A stretch of 64,000 nucleotides of DNA from a virus (IMGVR_UViG_3300008267_000011:30416-94415); one strand, 5' to 3'. Shown: positions 46,859 to 57,094, counted from the stretch's first letter. The notes: generated from the letters alone by a model not told the origin. Numbers and translations: made by a program.

Positions 46859-47722
46859 ATGAGCAACAAAGTTGTAAACGATGCTTACCCAAGCAGACCA
46901 GTAGTTACAGACGAGGACCTAAAGGCCCAATTCACTCAAGACTACGTTACCGAAATCAATACAAAATACGATGGTCCAACAGAGATCATTGATTTACCAT
47001 CCAGAGGATACTTTTATCCAGCAGGACATCCACTAGCAGAAGGAAAGATTGAGATCAAGTACATGACAGCTAAGGAAGAGGATATCCTTTCTTCTCAAAC
47101 TTTAATCAAACAAGGAGTCGTTATTGACAAGCTGTTGCAATCGTTGATTGTTACTAAGGTTAAGTACGATGATTTGCTTCTGGTAGACAAAAATGCAATT
47201 TTCATTGCAGCTCGTGTATTAGCATACGGAAATGATTATCCAGTAGACGTAACATGCCCTGCATGCGAGTCTAAGCAAAGCGATCACGTTGATTTATCTA
47301 GCTTTGAAGAGAAGCAAATTGACTGGAGTCAGTTTGAGAAGGGTAAGACTACCTTTGAATTTACCTTACCGGTAACTAAGAAGGTTTTAACCTTGAAGTT
47401 CTTGACTCACGGAGATGATAAGCAAATCACAGAAAACCTTAAAGCAGCTAAGAAAGTTTCTAAGATGACTGGAGTTGATCCAGAGTTAACAACACGTCTA
47501 CGTCAAATGATTGTTGCCATTGATGGAAATGAGGATAAAGCTGAGATTCACAAGTTCTCACAGAACATGCTCTCTCGTGATAGCCTAGCTCTTCGAGAGT
47601 ACATGAAGTCCATAACTCCAGACATCGACACCACATTCCACTATGAGTGCGGTAACTGCGGACATGAGGTACCAAAGATGGCTATGCCCATCACGGTGCA
47701 GTTTTTTTGGCCTGGGGTCTGA
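46859..47722 (+). CDS. Baseplate hub assembly / tail assembly chaperone (gp26-like)
   Basis: LPSRG, MTAKEEDIL, Cys pairs CPAC and CGNC, ending FFWP; lies between tube and tape measure. Confidence 0.75.
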   Translation: MSNKVVNDAYPSRPVVTDEDLKAQFTQDYVTEINTKYDGPTEIIDLPSRGYFYPAGHPLAEGKIEIKYMTAKEEDILSSQTLIKQGVVIDKLLQSLIVTKVKYDDLLLVDKNAIFIAARVLAYGNDYPVDVTCPACESKQSDHVDLSSFEEKQIDWSQFEKGKTTFEFTLPVTKKVLTLKFLTHGDDKQITENLKAAKKVSKMTGVDPELTTRLRQMIVAIDGNEDKAEIHKFSQNMLSRDSLALREYMKSITPDIDTTFHYECGNCGHEVPKMAMPITVQFFWPGV

Positions 47723-47912
47723 TTATCGGCCCCTAATCTACGACCAGATCTTTGATCTGATGTATTTTGGCAAAATGGGATTCACTTACACTGAGTTGTA
47801 CCATATGCCAGTGTTCCAGAGAAGGTACTATTACACTAAGTTAACAGACTATCTCAAAAAACAAAACGAAGCAGAGCAAGCAGCTGCTAACAAAGCTAAA
47901 AGAGGAAGATAA
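47703..47912 (+). CDS. Downstream chaperone segment, probably reached by frameshift from 46859
   Basis: The +1 frame from the T7 run reads FFGLGSDYRPLIYDQIFDLMYFGKMGFTYTELYHMPVFQRRYY..., resembling small tail-chaperone domains. Confidence 0.55.
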   Translation, partial: FFGLGSDYRPLIYDQIFDLMYFGKMGFTYTELYHMPVFQRRYYYTKLTDYLKKQNEAEQAAANKAKRGR

Positions 47913-47939
47913 GCCGGTATAGTACTGGCTTTTCTTTTT
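47911..47939 (+). terminator. Rho-independent terminator
   Basis: Stem AAGCCGGTA / TACTGGCTT followed by TTCTTTTT. Confidence 0.7.
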
Positions 47940-47968
47940 AATTGATATTTATAGTAAAGTCATTTTGC

Positions 47969-48280
47969 ATGAAAAAATCCGATTTGCATAGAATAATACG
48001 AGAAGAGATTCAAGACCATCTCATCGAAGAGGGAATTGTCAACTGGCTAATCGATAAGGCAGAGACTTTCGTAGTTAATGCGCTGAATCATAAAGCAGAC
48101 TATCAATACGCTCGCTTAATGAACAGCCCAGACTTCAGAGCTCTGCATAAAAAATTTGGAATGAGAGAGGATGAGTTTTTGCGTAAAGCTAAGGAGATGG
48201 TAAAAAGAGATCCAGACAAGTTTGCAAAACTCCTTGCGTTTGACGCATCTAAGAGTAAATGGGCTAAATTCATAAAGTAA
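47969..48280 (+). CDS. Hypothetical protein, putative head-internal
   Basis: ATG 47969 preferred over TTG 47942, which overlaps the promoter motif. Starts MKKSDLHRIIREEI...LIEE. Confidence 0.65.
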   Translation: MKKSDLHRIIREEIQDHLIEEGIVNWLIDKAETFVVNALNHKADYQYARLMNSPDFRALHKKFGMREDEFLRKAKEMVKRDPDKFAKLLAFDASKSKWAKFIK

Positions 48281-48284
48281 TTAG

Positions 48285-50939
48285 GTGAGCAAGAAAGCAA
48301 AAATAAACGCTGATCAAGTTGATTTTACAGACCTTGGTGCTGGTCTAGCTAAAGTAGTAGCTGACGCCTTTCAAAAAGGAGCAACTAAGGGAGCAAAAGC
48401 AATGTCGAGCGCTCTATCAGGAGAGGGCGACTTGCTAAAGTCTATTAACGACGAAATTGACAAAATTAACAAGAAAAAGCAAGATGAGCTAAAGACGGAG
48501 AAGATACTAGCTAAAGCCCTTCAAGATAAGATATCAGCAGAGCGTGCAGCACTGCAGTTGGCTATTGAAGAAGAAAAGCAGGCAAACCTAGCAGCAATAG
48601 CACAGACAAAAATGAATGCAGCTGTTGCTAAGCGTCTAATGCTAAATGCTGAGATAATGGGTAACATGAAAGCCTTTTATGGCTATCAAGAACGTATGTC
48701 TCAATTAGAAGCAGATATCACAGGACTTGAGGATCGTAACACCGCTTTAGAGCAGCAAGGAAAGTTGTTGGATGACCTCATGGACAAGGAGGAGAAGAGG
48801 GATGCGTTAGAAGAGAAGAGGGAAAAAGTCCTAGAGAAGATGAAGGAGGTAAAGCACCATCTAAAAGAACAAATAGGATATACACAAGAACTAGCGGACC
48901 TACTCAAGACTCCAGAGCTGGCCAAAGCTCTTTTTGCAGAGCAAATGGCTGAAAAGCTTCACGAAGCTTACGAGGGAATGGAGGAGTTTAAAAAAGAGGG
49001 ACTATCAGCAGGTCAAGCTATACAGGCACAATTTAAAGGATTGAGTCTGAAATCAATGATGGGCTTATCAGACACTAAGGGAGCTCTTAAGGGATTTGCA
49101 CAAGAATACGGCTCTATAGGTGGAATTTCAAAAGAAGTAGTCAACGAAGTCGGTATAATGGCTCACCACTTTGGTATTAGTGGTGAAGAAGCCGCTAAAC
49201 TCAATGCAAGCCTATCAAAAATACCAGGAGAAACTTCCGAATCCGCTGCACATGCAATGGAGATGACCGGTCACTTAGCTGAAATGCAAGGAATAGCTCC
49301 TGGTAAGATTATGAAGGATATGGCTGGTAATACAGCTGAGATGGCTCGCGCAGGAGGCAAGGGAGCGGAGGCATTTGGAAAGAGTGTTATCAATCTACAC
49401 AAGATGGGAGTTGAGATGTCAACCGCTAGTAAAATAGCAGATGGCTTGTTGGATTTTGAATCTAGGATAAATAACCAAATGGAGGCTTCAGTCTTACTAG
49501 GTAGAGAAATAAATCTAGATAAGGCTGCTGAGTTGGCGTTGCACAACGACTTAGAAGGGGCTACTGCGGAAGTTTTAAAAAACATAGGAGGGGCTGCTGA
49601 GTTTACAAAAATGAACCGTCTTGAACAAGATGCTCTAGCCAAAGCGGCAGGAATGACTGTTGAAGAGATGAATAAGGCGCTTGATGCGGCAGAAGAGCAG
49701 AACAAGTATTTTGGCGAGCAATCTAGCACACTCGACAACATAATAGGCCAGACTATGGAAATTGGAGGTGGAATTACTAAGTTTGCAAAAGAGAATGCTG
49801 TGTGGATGCTCTCCACTGTACAACTATTAGGCCAAATGAATTTAGGAAAGATTAAGCAATACGCCTTAGATATAGCACATTGGGCCAAAGAAAAGGCTCA
49901 GTGGGCCGCAGAGAAGGCGCATTGGCTTTGGAAAAGAGCCCAAGCTGCTATGGGTCTTGGTGGAGGAGGAGCAGCAGCCGCAGGAGGAGCAGCAGCCAAA
50001 GTGGCAGGAGGAGCAGCAGAGACAGCAGGCAAGCTAGGAGCTGCAGCAAAAACAGCACCATCACCAGCCGCAGGAGCAGGTGTAGCAGGATTTTTAACTG
50101 GATTAGCAACAGGCTTAAAGGCTTTTGATGGGAAAGCTCTCAAAGGAGCGGCGTTTATGGCAGGAGCTGCGGTGTTGTTTGGAGCTGGTATAGCGGCATT
50201 AGCTTACGGACTATCATTCATCCCATTACCAGACCTATTGGTAGCAGCAGTGGCGTTGCCAGTATTTGCAGGTGGATTCTTCTTACTGTCCAAGGTAATG
50301 GGTAAAATAAATGTTGGAGCTGTGGCACAAGGGTCATTGGCGTTAATCCTTCTAGGAGCAGCGCTAATTCCAGCAGCCTTTGCCTTTAGTTTATTAAAAG
50401 GTGTGGATGTTGGATCGATAATAGCCTTTAGCATAGCACTACCATTGCTAGCATTGGCAGCAGCTGGACTTGGATTCTTATTCCCATTCATAGCTGCCGG
50501 AGCAGCTTCGTTGGCACTATTAGGAATCGGAATGATTGCAGTAGGAGCTGGATTGTTGGTGTTGCAAAGTGCTCAAGGAGGTTTGGAGGTGTTTGGCAAA
50601 TTAACCGAGCTTGCATCAGGAGCAATGGGATTAGGTAGTGTAGCAATGGCGTTAATGGGAATTGGAGCAGGCTTAGGATCAATAGCAATTGCGGGATTTA
50701 CAGCAATGCCAATCTTAGGAATGTTAATTGGATTAGCAGCTGCAGCCCCAGCACTAACTGGATTAGCAAGTGCTTTAATGGGAGGTGGCGGTGAAGGTGA
50801 GAAGAGCGATAAGATGGATGAACTCATAGCTGAGGTAAAGTCTCTAAAAGCAGAGATGGCAAACATAACAGTGAACTTAGATGGTAAGAAAGTAGGAGAA
50901 GCGTTACGTGGATCAATGAACACAAGTAGAATTAGATAA
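48285..50939 (+). CDS. Tape measure protein
   Basis: 884 aa, Ala/Gly/Leu-rich and helical, with a hydrophobic C-terminal third ending VNLDGKKVG; sits between chaperone and baseplate genes. Confidence 0.8.
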   Translation: MSKKAKINADQVDFTDLGAGLAKVVADAFQKGATKGAKAMSSALSGEGDLLKSINDEIDKINKKKQDELKTEKILAKALQDKISAERAALQLAIEEEKQANLAAIAQTKMNAAVAKRLMLNAEIMGNMKAFYGYQERMSQLEADITGLEDRNTALEQQGKLLDDLMDKEEKRDALEEKREKVLEKMKEVKHHLKEQIGYTQELADLLKTPELAKALFAEQMAEKLHEAYEGMEEFKKEGLSAGQAIQAQFKGLSLKSMMGLSDTKGALKGFAQEYGSIGGISKEVVNEVGIMAHHFGISGEEAAKLNASLSKIPGETSESAAHAMEMTGHLAEMQGIAPGKIMKDMAGNTAEMARAGGKGAEAFGKSVINLHKMGVEMSTASKIADGLLDFESRINNQMEASVLLGREINLDKAAELALHNDLEGATAEVLKNIGGAAEFTKMNRLEQDALAKAAGMTVEEMNKALDAAEEQNKYFGEQSSTLDNIIGQTMEIGGGITKFAKENAVWMLSTVQLLGQMNLGKIKQYALDIAHWAKEKAQWAAEKAHWLWKRAQAAMGLGGGGAAAAGGAAAKVAGGAAETAGKLGAAAKTAPSPAAGAGVAGFLTGLATGLKAFDGKALKGAAFMAGAAVLFGAGIAALAYGLSFIPLPDLLVAAVALPVFAGGFFLLSKVMGKINVGAVAQGSLALILLGAALIPAAFAFSLLKGVDVGSIIAFSIALPLLALAAAGLGFLFPFIAAGAASLALLGIGMIAVGAGLLVLQSAQGGLEVFGKLTELASGAMGLGSVAMALMGIGAGLGSIAIAGFTAMPILGMLIGLAAAAPALTGLASALMGGGGEGEKSDKMDELIAEVKSLKAEMANITVNLDGKKVGEALRGSMNTSRIR

Positions 50940-52936
50940 TGGCAGCAAATAAACCATTCGCAAATTTAGACAGATTAAGTAAGCTTGTAACGCCTACCCC
51001 ACAGCCTTTTGACTATAAACCAGAACAGGGGTCTTCAAAAGTGAGACTAGATTTTGCTCAAAGCATTAGCCTTGAAGACCGTTTAAAGCAAACTAGCTTA
51101 AAAACAACCAATCACCTAGCACAATATGTTCTATCGGATCAAAACGTAGGATATATAAAAATTAAAGGCACTTCTGTTATCGAAGGAAAAAGCACAGTGC
51201 AGATAAACAGCAGTGTTGAATCAGTCGATCAAGGATCGATTATTTTACCACCACATAACGTCGATATAAACCAAGGTAGTGTTGATTTGAGGGTAAGAGT
51301 CATTGACTCTCTTTTAAGGCAAGGAGCCGTTGTTTCTGAAGGAATTTACGCAAGTTATACGACCGTTCAAAGTCCAAGTAGCTTATTGCAATCGACAACG
51401 AGACAAGGTACGTTCACAACTAACCAAACTACGTTTAGTTTAATGCAAGTTGAAGATCCTAAGCAGAATCTTAATCAAGGTTCTGTTGTTATTAACAAAA
51501 TACTTGCTACGCCTAATCAAGGATCGAGTACTGTTGGAAATGTGGTAACAATCGGTACCATAGAAAACAGACAAGGTATTCGTAGATTTAACCAGAAAGT
51601 TGTTTCTAGCATTGAGCCTACCATACCAACAAAGGATATTGAGATTGTGGTACCACAACCAATTTTGATTCCAAAAAAGGCAACACAATCTGAGCAACAG
51701 GTTCCAAACTCGATAACGATAGTGTCAGCTAAGCCAGCAGGTGCGTTTACCGATAACCAAAATGTACAGATACAGACGTTAGGTTATTTAGCAGATAAAG
51801 CGTCTAACGTACTGTTTCCAACGCTAAACCATGGAGGTGAGTTACCGCATAACAAGGGACTCGTCGCCGTAAACGGCACAACACCACACGCAATCGTCGA
51901 TTCGACTTCCGCACTTATTAACGATATCTTGCTAGGAGATGACGCCTTTCTTGATGTACTTAATCCTGGAAATGTTAGTAAAGTGGGACCTAACAACAAC
52001 AGCGAAACCACTACGCAGACTAAAAGCGCAATTAAGGTACTAAGTGGAGCATTGTCAGCCAATCAACTACAGGCAGCTATGCAAGGATTAGGAAAGGGAG
52101 ACTCTGCGGTAGTGGATTATAATGAGCTCCAAAATAGTCGTGATGGGGAATTAGAGGATGCACACTACTTTACTGTTCAAACTATACAAGGCGTAGATGG
52201 ACTTAGCAATAACCCAAACATTATTTACGGAAAGGCGTTGTCTACGGAAGATGGAGATGAGTTAGGAGGGTTTGTTAGTAACAACGTTGACATTAGCAAG
52301 CAAAAAGGATCGGTTTACAAAAAAGAGAGGAATAGTTGGAACAATAGCAACAATCGTCGAAAATATGCAGAGATCAACAGCTACTCACAACTACAGAATG
52401 TTGTTAGCGATAAGGCAAAAAATCCAACTCCAAACTCTGTAACAGAATACGTCGTTAGCTTGTCGAGCATCAACGGAAGTGTATCGTTTACTGCATTCTT
52501 AACATCGTTCAGCGATAGTTTTACAGCCAACTGGACAGACTACAATCACGTCGGTCAAATGGACACTTTTAAAGTATACAAAGGCGCTACTCGTCAATTA
52601 AGTGTAGCATTCAAGGTAGTAGCAGGATTAGGAGAATTCGAGAGCACGCCAGATTCAGCAGCAGGTGCAGTAGCTAAGCTAAATACGCTAGTAAACACAG
52701 CCATTGTTGGTAAGTACGAAGGAAACTATATACAAGGACCTGTAGTAGATCTTACGATTGCAGGACTCGTGAAGAATATAAAATGCGCTATAGGTAGCGT
52801 AAAAATCGATACTGATGTGGCAGAAACTGGTTGGAGTGACGGAAAACCTCACGTATATTCCGTATCATTGGATGCAGCAGTACTCGGACACAAGCAGGGT
52901 AACTTATTTGCTCCAACAACTACTTATTTAGGATAA
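50939..52936 (+). CDS. Baseplate/tube-initiator-like protein with long low-complexity N-terminus
   Basis: The C-terminal FTAFLTSFSDSFTANW...VG...YKGATRQLSVAFKV...PVVDLTI resembles gp48/gp54-type tube initiators. Confidence 0.6.
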   Translation: MAANKPFANLDRLSKLVTPTPQPFDYKPEQGSSKVRLDFAQSISLEDRLKQTSLKTTNHLAQYVLSDQNVGYIKIKGTSVIEGKSTVQINSSVESVDQGSIILPPHNVDINQGSVDLRVRVIDSLLRQGAVVSEGIYASYTTVQSPSSLLQSTTRQGTFTTNQTTFSLMQVEDPKQNLNQGSVVINKILATPNQGSSTVGNVVTIGTIENRQGIRRFNQKVVSSIEPTIPTKDIEIVVPQPILIPKKATQSEQQVPNSITIVSAKPAGAFTDNQNVQIQTLGYLADKASNVLFPTLNHGGELPHNKGLVAVNGTTPHAIVDSTSALINDILLGDDAFLDVLNPGNVSKVGPNNNSETTTQTKSAIKVLSGALSANQLQAAMQGLGKGDSAVVDYNELQNSRDGELEDAHYFTVQTIQGVDGLSNNPNIIYGKALSTEDGDELGGFVSNNVDISKQKGSVYKKERNSWNNSNNRRKYAEINSYSQLQNVVSDKAKNPTPNSVTEYVVSLSSINGSVSFTAFLTSFSDSFTANWTDYNHVGQMDTFKVYKGATRQLSVAFKVVAGLGEFESTPDSAAGAVAKLNTLVNTAIVGKYEGNYIQGPVVDLTIAGLVKNIKCAIGSVKIDTDVAETGWSDGKPHVYSVSLDAAVLGHKQGNLFAPTTTYLG

Positions 52937-53232
52937 TGAAAAGATACGAACGCATACCAATAGTCCGAGATGAAAACGGAAGGAGGCACTATAAAAGCAC
53001 TCTCATCCAACCAATCCCATACTCAGCAGACGATATTTGGGTGATGACAGGTCCTGGCGATAGACTAGATACGCTAGCTTATCAATTCTACGGAGAGGTT
53101 AAGTATTGGTGGGTAATAGCGGCTGCAAACAAGCTTGGACTTGGGTCTGTAGCAGTACCTCCAGCAACACAACTTAGAATACCATCCAATCCATTTCAAA
53201 AAGTTACAGATTACAATAACAACAATCAATGA
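52936..53232 (+). CDS. Baseplate wedge LysM-like protein (gp53/gpX-like)
   Basis: GDRLDTLAYQFYG...WWVIAAAN...LRIP. Confidence 0.85.
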   Translation: MKRYERIPIVRDENGRRHYKSTLIQPIPYSADDIWVMTGPGDRLDTLAYQFYGEVKYWWVIAAANKLGLGSVAVPPATQLRIPSNPFQKVTDYNNNNQ

Positions 53233-55142
53233 GTTTCGCTGAAGATATTTTCTCGACCAAGTCGGTACCTAGTAGAGTGAAGACCGAGTTAGATGCTCGA
53301 GCTAGTAGTGTGTTTCAGTACGGTATGTCTGGCCAAAAAACTTGGTGCCATATCATGTCAATGGCAGAGGGTAGTCCTTATCCCATAAGCACATACAAAA
53401 CATTCTCAGAAGCCTACCCAACAGCAAACAGACCAAATATTCTAGTACAGAGTTTGGATGTAAAATCTCATGGTGAATATGGTACCATGCGTAGAGCCGG
53501 CATAAAGCTAAAGGTGTTTACAGATGCTGGAATGGAAGAGCTAGCAAAGGCTTACTTCATACCAAACATGAGCGTACGAATCCAATTTGGATGGTCTATT
53601 GCTCTGAAGGCATCACCAATACAACCAGTAACAGATATATTGAGCGATGGAGACGCTAACAAGAAGATACGAGAGCAGTCTCAAAGCAATCCTACCTATG
53701 ATGGATTTCAAGGTAGAGTTGTATCGTGGGAGTTTAATTTAGCTGATGATCAATCTTGGGACGTCACTTTGGATATGATTGGCGCAGCTGCTGCAGTAGC
53801 GAACATACCAGTAAACGATGAAAGTACGTCTTGCTATTGTGAACAAAAGTCACCAGCACAACCAACTCCGGGAGGAGAAGCTCCTCCAGAAGACGAGGAG
53901 GAAGCCAAGACAAAAACGAGCGCACTACAATCAGCACTAATACGTCTAATAGACGAACCAGGACAGGCAGGAGCAGTTGCTACGGAATTAGGTATCACCC
54001 AAGGCCTTTATGTAGATAGGCTCAAGTTTAATGGATATGAGAGAGATCAGGCTGGTACTGAGGACACTTCATCCCCGTGGTATACTTTTGGATTTGGTGA
54101 TCCTTCTGTAGGAACCGAGGAGTCGTTTATCAACTTTGGATCGTTGTGTCGGTTAATTGAAAGAACTTGCGCACAACCTTGGGGTCCTGACGGTAAGCCT
54201 ACTGTATTGGAGATTGATTGTGATAACATGGATATCTCCAACTACGGTTTTACACTATGGAGTGCAGATCCTAGAGTATGCGCATTGCAAGGTAGCCCTT
54301 ACACTTTGGAAGGAGGAGGAATCAACTACGACGGCAAGTTGAGTAATATTTATGTAAACTGCATACATGCGTTAAGGGTTACAAAGAATTTGCGTGACAA
54401 AGACGATGGGGTTGTAACATTACTGACGGCAATACTACGAGACATAAACAACGTTTGCGGGAATGGTTGGGAGTTTGATTTTGTTGACGTGTCTGATAAA
54501 GGTACAACAGGTGTTCCTTCAGGAACCAGAATAACCATTGTTGATTTAAACCTCTATAAACCAGGCAATGAGGCGTATGAGTTTAAGTCTGGCGTTAATG
54601 GTAAAAGTAATGTACGATCTGTTGAGATGAGTTTGAAACCAACAGAAGCTATGAAAACCCTTGCTCTTTACAGCAACTCAAGCAAAGACACTGCACCAGC
54701 AAGCGTACAAGGTTGTTCCGATCGATTTATACGATATGCTGAAGCGGGTAGTATAGTAAACTTGGCAGATGCTAAGGGAAGTGGTGAGAAGCCAAAGCCT
54801 TGTGGAGGTGATAAGTGTTCAGAAGAGCCAGAGGCACAAGACGATCCATTGACAGCTTTGCAAAAAGAAGTGAACGATAAGACAGTGGCTAGCGCTAAGT
54901 CATATCAAGTTGAGCAGAGAAGAAAGCAGGACGATGATGTTTGCAATAAGGCAGTGATGCCATTCCAACTTGGTTTAACTATCACCGGTATAGGAGGATT
55001 TGCATTTGGACAGCTAGTTACCCTAGACAGACTACCTGGGACATTAAAGTCAAAAATAAACTACCAAGTAACAGCGGTAGAGCACTCAATAACACCAGAT
55101 GACTGGACAACCAAAATTAACACAGTAGGTAGATTAAAATAA
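53229..55142 (+). CDS. Baseplate hub-like protein
   Basis: PNMSVRIQFGWS, YDGFQGRV and C-terminal LTITGIGG...VTAVEHSI...WTT; follows the LysM wedge gene. Confidence 0.6.
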   Translation: MSFAEDIFSTKSVPSRVKTELDARASSVFQYGMSGQKTWCHIMSMAEGSPYPISTYKTFSEAYPTANRPNILVQSLDVKSHGEYGTMRRAGIKLKVFTDAGMEELAKAYFIPNMSVRIQFGWSIALKASPIQPVTDILSDGDANKKIREQSQSNPTYDGFQGRVVSWEFNLADDQSWDVTLDMIGAAAAVANIPVNDESTSCYCEQKSPAQPTPGGEAPPEDEEEAKTKTSALQSALIRLIDEPGQAGAVATELGITQGLYVDRLKFNGYERDQAGTEDTSSPWYTFGFGDPSVGTEESFINFGSLCRLIERTCAQPWGPDGKPTVLEIDCDNMDISNYGFTLWSADPRVCALQGSPYTLEGGGINYDGKLSNIYVNCIHALRVTKNLRDKDDGVVTLLTAILRDINNVCGNGWEFDFVDVSDKGTTGVPSGTRITIVDLNLYKPGNEAYEFKSGVNGKSNVRSVEMSLKPTEAMKTLALYSNSSKDTAPASVQGCSDRFIRYAEAGSIVNLADAKGSGEKPKPCGGDKCSEEPEAQDDPLTALQKEVNDKTVASAKSYQVEQRRKQDDDVCNKAVMPFQLGLTITGIGGFAFGQLVTLDRLPGTLKSKINYQVTAVEHSITPDDWTTKINTVGRLK

Positions 55143-55792
55143 TGGCTAAGCGTAGTGTATATTCAATATTGTATCCTGAGAATACCTTTTATACCAAAGG
55201 GTTTGAGTATAGCTTAGATGGGGAAAACTACATTGGAGAGTACCACGTGGTGGATGGTCAAGCCTACACAGGTCCTCCGAAGATTGGTGCTAATTACCGC
55301 AAGCCGTTAACTAAATACTACGACAACGCTAGCGTATATGCGTACGACAAGCTTAAAAACTTCAATAAAGTAGAGAGTACGTACAGAACGCCAATCTACA
55401 TAAGACCGGAACCAACTACAGCCGATTACAAAAGTGGATACACAACAAGATACTTACTACAATACACCTTGGATAGAAGCCAGGTTCCAATTGAAATAGG
55501 ATCAGCTGGAAATAGTTTGTATGGAAAAAAGAAAGGGTATGATGCAGGATTATACGATTTGATCATACTCAAGTGGCAGATATCAGGACCTTTGTACGAT
55601 TACAAAACAATGATGTCAGGTCAAAAGCAGATTGTGAATGGTGAAGAGGTCCTACTAAGACCTCGCGAGCATGTTATTCCTGGAATAATAGATGCAAACA
55701 AAAGAGCGGTTGGAGCCTATTCAGATAGATACCCATCCTTGCCATACGCTTTTAAAAATTACCAAGAATTTGCTCAACCAACAGTTTTGTAG
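55142..55792 (+). CDS. Hypothetical baseplate-region protein
   Basis: YTKGFEY, YIGEYH, PTTADY..G...RY and WQISG; TAATG-coupled. Confidence 0.6.
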   Translation: MAKRSVYSILYPENTFYTKGFEYSLDGENYIGEYHVVDGQAYTGPPKIGANYRKPLTKYYDNASVYAYDKLKNFNKVESTYRTPIYIRPEPTTADYKSGYTTRYLLQYTLDRSQVPIEIGSAGNSLYGKKKGYDAGLYDLIILKWQISGPLYDYKTMMSGQKQIVNGEEVLLRPREHVIPGIIDANKRAVGAYSDRYPSLPYAFKNYQEFAQPTVL

Positions 55793-55800
55793 TATATTGT
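55769..55800 (+). promoter_or_regulatory. Candidate Bacteroidota-type promoter for polA
   Basis: TTTG (55769-55772), 20 nt spacer, then TATATTGT (55793-55800). Confidence 0.55.
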
Positions 55801-55804
55801 CTAC

Positions 55805-57094
55805 ATGATCGTAGACTCCACAGCACAATATTCAGACTACAAAAAGCAAATTACAAACCAACACGTTGTATGCTGTGCTATTACTCTACACCCTCAAAAA
55901 CATTTAATTGATAACACTATTATTGGTTGGTACATTAAGATTATTCAAGGACCAGAGTTTACGATCTTCATAGAACACCCGGAGGCCTTGTTGAAGGATG
56001 ATGCTTTCAAAACTTTTGACAAGGCCGAAAGGTGTTACATTGTTGACTTCGATACGCTAGCATATGCTGGATACAAGCCGCTTCCTAATATGGAAGATGC
56101 CTTAATCAATAGCTATCTGTCATATGGAACAATACCAGAGCAAGAATACAACCCACAAATCAACTTCTATAGAAAGAGAGTGGGGTCAGCATGCTCTAAC
56201 TTCTTAGTTGATCCTATGAAGATTCAACAACACTATCGTGAGTTAGTTGACAAGCTACCAATTGACAAAGACAACACCAACAAATTCTACCAAGCTGTTA
56301 AACGAGTGTACCATACGATTGAAAAGAACGGAATAGCAATTAACGAGCTTTTATACAAAGAGGCGTTTGGCGATAGCGGTTATGTGAAGAATGGTAAGGC
56401 TTATACCAAGTATAATCTATACACATCAACAGGAAGACCAAGTAATCGTTTTGCTGGAGTAAACTACGCAGCTTTGAATAAGGAGGATGGCACACGTGAG
56501 TGCTTTGTATCTAGGTATCCTAATGGTAAGTTAGTTGAAATCGACTTCACCTCTTATCACCCAAGGATCCTAGCCAGCATAACCAAGTACGTTATATCAG
56601 ATGAGGAGAACATCTATGAGCATTTGGCTAAGGAGTACTTTGGTGACAATCCTACACAAGATCAAATATCTCAAGCAAAGGAGATGACGTTTAGGCAATT
56701 ATATGGGGGTATCAATAGACAGTACCTACATATAGAATACTTTGCAAGAATACAGATGATGACAGATATGTTGTGGAACCTATACAAGCAACAAGGGTAT
56801 GTAACCAGTATTATATCTAAGCGTAAGATTCATAATATAGAAGACGCATCACCAACCAAAGTACTTAACTACTTCATTCAGCTACACGAGACTGAGCAGA
56901 ACGTACAGCTACTAGCTCAACTATTTGCAGAGCTACCACAAGACGTACTGCCAGTGTTATATACTTATGATAGCATATTGTTCGATGTACCACAAGGAAA
57001 GGAGAGTCAACTACTAGATACTATACGTGCAATTATCCCTAGCAAATTTCCCTTTAAGGTCAAGACAGGAGATAATTATAGTCATATAGACTAG
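55805..57094 (+). CDS. polA: Compact family A DNA polymerase
   Basis: TSTGRPS, motif A EIDFTSYHPRIL, motif B AKEMTFRQLYGG, LNYFIQ and motif C YTYDSILFD. Confidence 0.8.
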   Translation: MIVDSTAQYSDYKKQITNQHVVCCAITLHPQKHLIDNTIIGWYIKIIQGPEFTIFIEHPEALLKDDAFKTFDKAERCYIVDFDTLAYAGYKPLPNMEDALINSYLSYGTIPEQEYNPQINFYRKRVGSACSNFLVDPMKIQQHYRELVDKLPIDKDNTNKFYQAVKRVYHTIEKNGIAINELLYKEAFGDSGYVKNGKAYTKYNLYTSTGRPSNRFAGVNYAALNKEDGTRECFVSRYPNGKLVEIDFTSYHPRILASITKYVISDEENIYEHLAKEYFGDNPTQDQISQAKEMTFRQLYGGINRQYLHIEYFARIQMMTDMLWNLYKQQGYVTSIISKRKIHNIEDASPTKVLNYFIQLHETEQNVQLLAQLFAELPQDVLPVLYTYDSILFDVPQGKESQLLDTIRAIIPSKFPFKVKTGDNYSHID

